Source: a virus (taxonomy: Duplodnaviria > Caudoviricetes). Taken from it: a stretch of DNA of 43,124 nt. Of the stretch, positions 1 to 5,584 are shown piece after piece. The stretch is from positions 1-43,124 of the IMG/VR virus record IMGVR_UViG_3300022670_000241; one strand, written 5' to 3'. The notes beneath the pieces were generated by a model. The model searched no databases. It had not been told where the DNA came from and was given only the letters and a program-made list of their open reading frames with translations. The stretch's first letter is position 1, and every line of letters starts with the position of its first letter. A program made the translations under genes and the position numbers.

Positions 1-144
1 ATGCTGCGATAAAGTTTTCATATTTTTTCCCCTTGGATATGCAATAATTCTTAAATGTTTCTAGTATGTCGTGCTCGTTGTGATGTATATATTTTCCCTG
101 CGCTCGTTTTTTTGCTAACCATTCTTGAACATGATTTACAGAAA
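1..144. repeat. Terminal direct repeat (copy 1), circular-assembly overlap
   Basis: Identical to 42981-43124; an ORF reads straight through the junction. Confidence 0.97.
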
Positions 145-589
145 GTTCATCAAGTGAAACTTTTTTTGCTTTAGTCTTTTTAAGTGGTTCTTCTTCTAGT
201 TCTAGTTCTGGTTCTGGTTCTGGTTCTGGTATTGTTCGAACAGCCGTTCGTTTTAATTTCCTAGCTTTCCCCGATGCTATACCGGCTAACTTTTTCTGTT
301 CGATACCAACAATAGCTTTAGTTTCTAGATTATCTAAACGCTCATTGAACGGAAAAGCACCATTCTGTTTGAACAGCCGTTCAACGACCGTTCGAACAGC
401 CGTTCGTTCTACGTCATCAAAAGCAAAGCACATAGCAAATAGTTTCTGCTCATTCTCAAATGCTTCTGGGTTTGTGTGATATATTAGCTTTAGGGAAAAA
501 TATGCACCCCGTTCTGAGAGAGAAAAAGTAGCTATTTCTTTAAGCTCATCCGAAGGGAACTCTTTAATCCATGGAATATGTTTGGTCAT
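1..589 (-). CDS. Replication initiator, DUF1376/YdaU-like (lambda O analogue), 5' part; continues at 42980..42826, 247 aa in total
   Basis: Missing from the ORF track because it spans the junction. Hand translation: MTKHIPWIKEFPSDELKEIATFSLSERGAYFSLKLIY...FNERLD...KLAGIASGKARK...IPEPEPEPELELEEE. The ERGAY, NERLD, AGxASGKAR and (PE)n linker motifs are typical of DUF1376 initiators; it lies upstream of a loader-like gene. Confidence 0.85.
   Translation of the reverse strand, partial: MTKHIPWIKEFPSDELKEIATFSLSERGAYFSLKLIYHTNPEAFENEQKLFAMCFAFDDVERTAVRTVVERLFKQNGAFPFNERLDNLETKAIVGIEQKKLAGIASGKARKLKRTAVRTIPEPEPEPELELEEEPLKKTKAKKVSLDELSVNHVQEWLAKKRAQGKYIHHNEHDILETFKNYCISKGKKYENFIAA
234..408. promoter_or_regulatory. 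Putative replication origin: iterons inside the initiator gene
   Basis: GTTCGAACAGCCGTTCGTT at 234-252 and 390-408; TTGAACAGCCGTTCAA at 369-384. The core GAAC-AGCC-GTTC is a hyphenated palindrome, as in lambda ori within O. Confidence 0.7.
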
Positions 590-629
590 CTTACCCCCGC
601 ATAGGTTATAGGCGCATTCTTTAAAGTTC

Positions 630-689
630 GGCGGGTGGCGAATGCGGTGCCACCCATGTTGTCACCCCAGAGCAACCAGGGGTCTAGCC
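630..689 (-). ncRNA. Structured leader RNA of the initiator gene (C4/CI-like two-hairpin element)
   Basis: GGC..ACCCCTGG-TTGCT-CTGGGGT..GGGTGGC-ACCGCATTC-GCCACCC-GCC. The loop is complementary to 613-619 and 597-602, next to the RBS. Confidence 0.55.
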
Positions 690-726
690 ATTTAATCTAA
701 GAAGTATGACCGTGAAAGTCACAGCC

Positions 727-755
727 AATGTACTCTATGTCATTGCTTCACGCAA
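727..755 (-). promoter_or_regulatory. sigma70-like promoter for the initiator operon
   Basis: TTGCGT-17-TACATT; shares ATAGAGTACATTG with the promoter at 927-954. Confidence 0.55.
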
Positions 756-778
756 GACATTATGAGTAGATAGAGTTA

Positions 779-823
779 GAAAAGAGAAAGGTCTCCGAAC
801 CTTTGGGAGGCAGCGACCTTTCT
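779..823 (-). terminator. Intrinsic terminator-like hairpin
   Basis: AGAAAGGTC...GACCTTTCT followed by CTTTTTCT. Confidence 0.55.
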
Positions 824-926
824 GTAACATTTAATATAGGGGGCGAGTCGTGGGGGGGTTATTAACTGGGGGTGGAGAAAGGTAAACCTCAATCCACGCC
901 ACTCTATCCTCAACAGATAGGTTTAC

Positions 927-954
927 AATGTACTCTATCTCTTGAGTTATGCAA
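927..954 (-). promoter_or_regulatory. sigma70-like promoter for a ~140-nt ORF-less transcript
   Basis: TTGCAT-16-TACATT. Confidence 0.5.
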
Positions 955-1090
955 GTAATTGTTTATGATAGTTTTGGGGAGCAGGGGGCTGGAAGACGGC
1001 CAGACTACTTCCCAGCTTCTTATCTTATCTCTTGTCTAGAAATACCTCCTTTCTTCTTTCTTCTTCTTTACATCCCCATCGGCTGGGTGC

Positions 1091-1399
1091 TTAGTTGGAG
1101 TTATATCTAGTGTTCCAAGCTTTAACCATCTCTTCCTTAGTGTGCCACCAACATGTTTGGTTTCCGCACCCTTCACAACGATACTTCCAGCCATCTACAT
1201 TCTTGTAATCATCATAGAACTGTCCTGCGAATATGTTTGGGTTATGTTGTATCTCATAACTTCCACACTTGCAAAATGGACATGATTTAAACTCTTCAGG
1301 CATAATTTCTCCTTGTGTAAGCCTATTAGTAGCGGGTGGCGACCGGGATAAGCCCAATCCTTGGTTATTGCATCCAGAACTCCAGACGACTGACACCAC
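1091..1399 (-). CDS. Lar-like restriction alleviation Zn-finger protein (true start probably MPEEFKSCPFC, ~1303)
   Basis: KSCPFCK...RCEGCG...KAWNTR matches the Lar family pattern; an AAGGAG SD precedes the internal ATG. Confidence 0.7.
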   Translation of the reverse strand: MVSVVWSSGCNNQGLGLSRSPPATNRLTQGEIMPEEFKSCPFCKCGSYEIQHNPNIFAGQFYDDYKNVDGWKYRCEGCGNQTCWWHTKEEMVKAWNTRYNSN

Positions 1400-1401
1400 C
1401 C
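1334..1401 (-). ncRNA. Small three-way-junction RNA (degenerate tRNA-like)
   Basis: Closing stem GGGTGGT/GCCACCC; hairpins CGTCTGG-AGTT-CTGGATG and GATTGGG-CTTAT-CCCGGTC. Confidence 0.4.
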
Positions 1402-1423
1402 ATAGGTAACGAAATGGTATTAG

Positions 1424-1608
1424 TGGTGGTGGCAGGGCGTTAATTCCTGCTTATGCCAACCCTTCTGACACAGCGTTATTGCTTCACTATTTCTAGCACC
1501 GCGCGGGTCTTCATTTAAGAATGAGCCTTTCGACTACCGCGGATCATACACAATAACAACCTAGCTTTCGCCTAGCAACCGTGCTTCTACTTTCAGCACC
1601 GCACCACC
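1424..1608 (-). ncRNA. 185-nt tRNA-like structured RNA with expanded anticodon region
   Basis: Acceptor GGTGGTG/CACCACC+A, D-like arm GTGCT-GAAAGTAGA-AGCAC, T-like arm GCAGG-9nt-CCTGC, three GAAA tetraloop hairpins; enclosed by a 24-bp stem (1408-1431 with 1602-1625). Confidence 0.7.
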
Positions 1609-1703
1609 AATAATACCACTCCGTTAAGTCGATTTATATTCCGCATGACCAGACGGCAGTGCTTTCCATTTCGGAAACAACTGCTTGAGACACCATTTAT
1701 TAC

Positions 1704-1783
1704 TTGATTATGTGAGGGGGTAGTATATATTGATCTCACCATTCGAACCTCCGTATTGGCGTCCACGCTTGCGGGGGTTTTTT
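1704..1783 (+). ncRNA. Possible short antisense RNA: promoter plus intrinsic terminator
   Basis: TTGATT-16-TATATT at 1704-1731; stem AACCTCCGTA/TGCGGGGGTT (1746-1779, G-U pairs favour the + strand) followed by a T run. Confidence 0.45.
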
Positions 1784-1840
1784 ATGTCTCCGACATCTGT
1801 GTCGGTGACATGCAGTAAGTCCTTGAATTTACTTAACTCT

Positions 1841-1869
1841 ATACTAACTATTATCACTTGTCCAATCAA
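1841..1869 (-). promoter_or_regulatory. sigma70-like promoter upstream of the ncRNA cluster
   Basis: TTGATT-17-TAGTAT overlapping an ATAGAGT motif. Confidence 0.45.
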
Positions 1870-1872
1870 TAC

Positions 1873-2388
1873 CTACTTCTTCTTGGGTGGGGTGGGTATT
1901 ATCAGAAAGTGAGAATAATCTTTTTCTTTCAGCTCAAACTCCCAGCCCCTAGTAAACCATCCTACGCCATAAGGGTATTCTGGCTGCTCTCCATATTGAA
2001 ACTCTTCAACTTGAAACTCTTCAATTTGACTAACGTTTTTCCATAGTAACAAGGCTCTGCCTTCTCTTCCGTATATTTTCTCAATCGGCTGCCACTCCCC
2101 CTCTCTCAGCTTGGCATTAGCTAGAAATTCATCCAGAAACTCCGATAAGTCTTGTTCAGGCCAACAACCAACGGCATGCGCTACTTTTTCAAGATACGCC
2201 TCCTTCTCTCTCAACTTGGCGGATAGCTCTGCCAGTAGGGAAATAAGACTGTCATTCGGAGAATATTTTTGTGTCTTGCTTCGATCGTTTGTCAGGTGCC
2301 TTATTACTGTATCAGCATCCTTGAGTACTGCTTCTGTGGTTCGAGTTATATCGCCCATGTTTTCTTCTCCAGATTCTATACAGTCCAC
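1873..2388 (-). CDS. Phage protein with C-terminal DUF551-like domain
   Basis: EWQPIE...SHFLIIPTPPK pattern; the start is probably the second Met (MGDIT). Confidence 0.6.
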   Translation of the reverse strand: MDCIESGEENMGDITRTTEAVLKDADTVIRHLTNDRSKTQKYSPNDSLISLLAELSAKLREKEAYLEKVAHAVGCWPEQDLSEFLDEFLANAKLREGEWQPIEKIYGREGRALLLWKNVSQIEEFQVEEFQYGEQPEYPYGVGWFTRGWEFELKEKDYSHFLIIPTPPKKK

Positions 2389-2587
2389 AACCAGGGCACT
2401 GTATTTGTTTATGCGTCTTAGCCATACGCTCTACCCAATAATGCCACTGTAAATACCCTTCTGGACACTTAGTGTGCTTGAGCACTTCTGAACACGCGCC
2501 TGTTAGCTCTTCTGTGGTTCGAGTCATCGTTAATTTTCCTTTCTTTCTGCACTCTTTCTGCACCTTTGCTTGCATTATGCTCTCCAT
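2312..2587 (-). CDS. Small Zn-binding phage protein
   Basis: C..HTKCPEGYLQWH..THKQIQCPGCGLYRIW; overlaps its neighbours in an operon. Confidence 0.6.
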   Translation of the reverse strand: MESIMQAKVQKECRKKGKLTMTRTTEELTGACSEVLKHTKCPEGYLQWHYWVERMAKTHKQIQCPGCGLYRIWRRKHGRYNSNHRSSTQGC

Positions 2588-2934
2588 AGCTCCACATCAA
2601 TATCATGTTCTGCTTTTAGGTGTTTACGTTTCCATTTTGATAGCGGCGTATCTTTTCCCTTAGAGTCGACATAAATTGTTTTCATCAATCCAATATCATA
2701 GAAACTCTGATCTAGCTCAATCACACCGATTTTCACACCGTTAACACACGCATCCCATTTAGGCTTATGTTGCAGGTTCGATATCTCACCGGCTCTCTCC
2801 CTAAGTAACGATTCTGCGTAGTGTTTACCCTCTAGCTTGGAATCGCAGGTTTTACCATCTACAACAGTTTTTACCGCTCCGTACTTATTCTTCTTGGCCT
2901 TCACAAGCCAACGCCCAAATCCTTTTCTTATCAT
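2575..2934 (-). CDS. DUF1064 family PD-(D/E)XK endonuclease
   Basis: NKYGAVKTVVDG..DSKLE..GEISNLQ..YVDSKG signature. Confidence 0.85.
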   Translation of the reverse strand: MIRKGFGRWLVKAKKNKYGAVKTVVDGKTCDSKLEGKHYAESLLRERAGEISNLQHKPKWDACVNGVKIGVIELDQSFYDIGLMKTIYVDSKGKDTPLSKWKRKHLKAEHDIDVELWRA

Positions 2935-2937
2935 TCT

Positions 2938-3132
2938 CTACTCAATATTGTAAAAATTAAAATCTGGTATAGTTAGATCAGATTGTAAATCAGGTGCCAA
3001 TTGAATCTTACCGGCTTTTTCCATAGACAGTAATTTTTTATAGCATTTTTTTTCTAAATCGGAATAAGGTTGATAATACTTATTCCTCTTCTTAGCTTTC
3101 GCGAGCCAATATTCCAAGCGTTTTTTTTGCAT
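2938..3132 (-). CDS. Hypothetical basic protein resembling the DUF1064 N-terminus
   Basis: WLAKAKKRNKY..SDLEKK..EKAGKI parallels WLVKAKKNKY..SKLEGK..ERAGEI of the adjacent gene. Confidence 0.55.
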   Translation of the reverse strand: MQKKRLEYWLAKAKKRNKYYQPYSDLEKKCYKKLLSMEKAGKIQLAPDLQSDLTIPDFNFYNIE

Positions 3133-3219
3133 TACAAATACCCTCCCATTCTAGCCAGACCAGCACAGTACAAAATAATTATCATAACAGTAGTAGATAT
3201 CATAATTACGCAAGCTGTG

Positions 3220-3573
3220 TTACAGGTCATCATTCTCTTTCCTATTTATGCGCTCTACTAATTTCTTATTGGTTGCCCGTAATTTCTTAACCTCTTCAGT
3301 AGAAGGAGCCGCCAGTTGTTGCTCAAGTTGCTGTATTCTATGCATCAGCAGACCATTCTCTGTCATTAACTCAATTATCCTATTGTCAGCTTGTATATTA
3401 GCATATGCCGCCCTGCTTCCATACATTTGATTTTGATGTTGCCCCAATCCACTTAGTCCTTGTTGTTGAGGCGATGCGTATAGCATGTGAGTTTTCTCTC
3501 GCATTCGCGCTAGCAACTCATCTGTTGCATGATCCCGCTTCATTTTAGGGCTAAACTTACCGAATAAAGTCAT
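3220..3573 (-). CDS. Hypothetical coiled-coil protein
   Basis: ORF track; ATGA overlap with the upstream gene. Confidence 0.6.
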   Translation of the reverse strand: MTLFGKFSPKMKRDHATDELLARMREKTHMLYASPQQQGLSGLGQHQNQMYGSRAAYANIQADNRIIELMTENGLLMHRIQQLEQQLAAPSTEEVKKLRATNKKLVERINRKENDDL

Positions 3574-3785
3574 TTCCTAAAAGCCTCCTGTTTCTTACGG
3601 TATCTCTCCATTCCTTCTTTATACTTCTCAACCAGGTCATCTTCATCTTTGGGGTAATATTCTGTAACTTTATCCGTTTCCTTGCTCCAAGTCATAATGG
3701 ACATCTTTCCAAAAGAGGCATCTTTCCAAGAGGCTCTTAACTCCTGCTCCGAATGCTCATGTAATATTTGTTCTTTTGTTATCAT
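3570..3785 (-). CDS. Hypothetical protein
   Basis: ORF track; coupled stop/start. Confidence 0.6.
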   Translation of the reverse strand: MITKEQILHEHSEQELRASWKDASFGKMSIMTWSKETDKVTEYYPKDEDDLVEKYKEGMERYRKKQEAFRK

Positions 3786-3919
3786 TTCCCCAAAGCCTTC
3801 TTATAGGAGCTACATAAAAAATTCTCTTCTCTAAATCGCTTCTGCATTATAAAAAATATCCTCCTTGCAAACCAGGATAGAAAAATGCCTGTTATTAAAC
3901 CTAATGTGAAATTAATCAT
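3782..3919 (-). CDS. 45-aa membrane peptide
   Basis: Hand translation MINFTLGLITGIFLSWFARRIFF...; SD AGGAGG. Confidence 0.55.
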   Translation of the reverse strand: MINFTLGLITGIFLSWFARRIFFIMQKRFREENFLCSSYKKALGK

Positions 3920-4037
3920 CGTCTACCTCCTGAAACCAGTCAATAGGATCAACCTGATATAACGAAAAACAGCCTGACAAAATAAATCCCGACACAAGCC
4001 CAATGAACAAATAGAACCGCATATCCTTCCTAGTCAT
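3912..4037 (-). CDS. 41-aa putative lipoprotein
   Basis: Hand translation MTRKDMRFYLFIGLVSGFILSGC-FSLYQVDPIDWFQEVDDD; lipobox LSGC; SD AGGAGG. Confidence 0.55.
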   Translation of the reverse strand: MTRKDMRFYLFIGLVSGFILSGCFSLYQVDPIDWFQEVDDD

Positions 4038-4047
4038 CGTCTACCTC

Positions 4048-4296
4048 CTAAAATAACTCTAATGTTCTATCGCAACGTACAGGTTTCTCTGGTTTCTCTC
4101 TAATCAAAGAGGCTTTTATACCGTAAACATCGTAATCATCATAACTAGCATCTAATGCACACACTTCCGATTGAGTCAATTGTTCGTGGAGACCTGAGAT
4201 TGCCGCTTTCTCGTTTTCAGCGTCTATTTCAACCTCATAATTCTCATGATAAGTCCACGTGTGTAACACTTCTGCTTTGACAGTGTATTTACTCAT
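4048..4296 (-). CDS. Hypothetical protein (C-terminal RCDRTLELF)
   Basis: ORF track; SD AGGAGG. Confidence 0.65.
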   Translation of the reverse strand: MSKYTVKAEVLHTWTYHENYEVEIDAENEKAAISGLHEQLTQSEVCALDASYDDYDVYGIKASLIREKPEKPVRCDRTLELF

Positions 4297-4552
4297 CGTC
4301 TACCTCCTGTGCCCAATCAGCTATTTTAACATCACCCTCTGTAAAATATTCAATTCTGTTGGCAATCCGCATAGATATTCTTTTCTTTCCGCGTTTTAAA
4401 TCAGAAATGTGCGCACTTGAACATGGGATAAATTGAGCCAATGATTTTTGATCTACACCCTTATTTTCAAAGAATTGTTCCAGATTGTGTTCCGCCACTA
4501 ATGTCATATCTATTCCTTTAATTACGTGGGTGGTGTTACTGGTATTGTTCAC
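4289..4552 (-). CDS. Cro-like HTH transcriptional regulator (likely start ATG 4507)
   Basis: QKSLAQFIPCSSAHISDLKRGKKRIS..ANRIEYFTEGDVKIADW is a YdaS/Cro-type HTH; first gene after the leftward promoter. Confidence 0.85.
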   Translation of the reverse strand: MNNTSNTTHVIKGIDMTLVAEHNLEQFFENKGVDQKSLAQFIPCSSAHISDLKRGKKRISMRIANRIEYFTEGDVKIADWAQEVDDE

Positions 4553-4611
4553 GTATCATATTTTCAGTCGGCATGATAAAAATGCTGCTCGAAGCTTCAC
4601 CACCTACCCCC

Positions 4612-4641
4612 ATTATAAACACACATTATATATAGTGTCAA
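4612..4641 (-). promoter_or_regulatory. Leftward early promoter
   Basis: TTGACA-18-TATAAT, perfect hexamers. Confidence 0.85.
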
Positions 4642-4647
4642 TAAATA

Positions 4648-4707
4648 TAATTAGCTATAGGCTAAAATAAATATAAAAAGATGTTGACAGGTAATTAGCT
4701 ATAGGCT
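4648..4707. promoter_or_regulatory. Operator pair
   Basis: TAATTAGCTATAGGCT at 4648-4663 and 4692-4707; near-palindromic core; the second copy fills the promoter spacer. Confidence 0.75.
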
Positions 4708-4713
4708 TATAAT
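4684..4713 (+). promoter_or_regulatory. Rightward early promoter
   Basis: TTGACA-18-TATAAT, perfect hexamers. Confidence 0.85.
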
Positions 4714-4748
4714 GATATTAGCGGAAACAATTAAATGAGGATATTATT

Positions 4749-4988
4749 ATGGAAGATATAGAACACGAACCAACATTAGAGGAGAAAACGGACAACAAGG
4801 ATTTAGCTCTGGATGCTGTTACTGGAATAAGGGATCTGGTAAAAGGCCTCAATATCAAATTGGGTACCCTTATTGAGGAGCTTGAAGAAGAAACAAAACA
4901 AGGTGTATTCGATGGTGACTGGATATCTGAACTTGAGGAGTTTGAAGGCAATTTAATATCTAAGATCAATACTCAATTTAATATATAG
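4749..4988 (+). CDS. Acidic early protein
   Basis: First ORF after the rightward promoter; SD GAGGA. Confidence 0.7.
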   Translation: MEDIEHEPTLEEKTDNKDLALDAVTGIRDLVKGLNIKLGTLIEELEEETKQGVFDGDWISELEEFEGNLISKINTQFNI

Positions 4989-5000
4989 GAGAGTGCAGTT

Positions 5001-5150
5001 ATGCTTATTAATTTACATGGTGAACATCTATCGCCACGAGCCGCAATGAACGTGATTCTTAAAAAGAAACGCACTAAAAAAGAAATCGAGCTGCTTGAAT
5101 GGTTGACAAAACAGGCAATGATAAAATCCAAGGAGAAAACCAATGACTGA
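5001..5150 (+). CDS. 49-aa basic hypothetical protein
   Basis: Hand translation MLINLHGEHLSPRAAMNVILKKKRTKK...; SD AGGAG. Confidence 0.55.
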   Translation: MLINLHGEHLSPRAAMNVILKKKRTKKEIELLEWLTKQAMIKSKEKTND

Positions 5151-5448
5151 ACTAGAGAAACTAAAGGCTGCTGCTGATGATGCTACTGCTGATATTGCTT
5201 ATAGAAAACTCAGGATATACACAGAAGCCCTAGAGGCGGAAATAATTAAACTCAAGGGGAAAGATGATGAGCTAGAGAAATTGAGGAAAGAGAGGGATCT
5301 TACTATTGTTGTGGCTGCTGCTGCTTCTGCTGCTTATGCTATTGGTGCTATTGATGTCGCTGCTTATACTGTCGCTCATGATAAGTGTCGCGCTGCCATG
5401 AAGGCGCATGTCGAGGCAAAACAAATTCAGGAGAAAGATGATGCTTGA
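5143..5448 (+). CDS. Ala-rich hypothetical protein with internal duplication
   Basis: Two ELEKL...KDD units. Confidence 0.6.
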   Translation: MTELEKLKAAADDATADIAYRKLRIYTEALEAEIIKLKGKDDELEKLRKERDLTIVVAAAASAAYAIGAIDVAAYTVAHDKCRAAMKAHVEAKQIQEKDDA

Positions 5449-5584
5449 TGAGTACGTAACGACCAAACAACTAATACTCCTTATGGTAGTGGCGGTTTTA
5501 TTTCAACACTTTTTTCTATAGGGGGATGTATGGATTATGACGAATCAACAGCACTAGAACATTTTTATTCAGAGGAGGAGTATT

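Noticed and set aside
1-144. 144-bp terminal repeat as a biological DTR
   Set aside because: It falls in the middle of the initiator ORF, which reads through the junction; this is typical of circular-contig overlap.
186-230. (GGTTCT)n tandem repeat as a regulatory microsatellite
   Set aside because: It encodes the PEPEPEPELELEEEP linker typical of DUF1376 initiators.
1424-1608. Canonical tRNA, tmRNA or intron-containing tRNA
   Set aside because: No anticodon loop, TTC T-loop or D-loop GG; no G3-U70 or tag ORF ending in a stop; the insert is too short and lacks a group I/II core.
3916-4308. Mini-CRISPR array from the three 16-nt repeats
   Set aside because: Spacing is irregular (118 and 259 bp), the repeats are SD+ATG sequences, the intervals are genes, and there are no cas genes.
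4529-4604. Ochre suppressor tRNA (TTA centred in a 7-nt loop)
   Set aside because: Arm lengths are wrong and there is no T arm; TAA is used as a normal stop throughout, with no sign of recoding.
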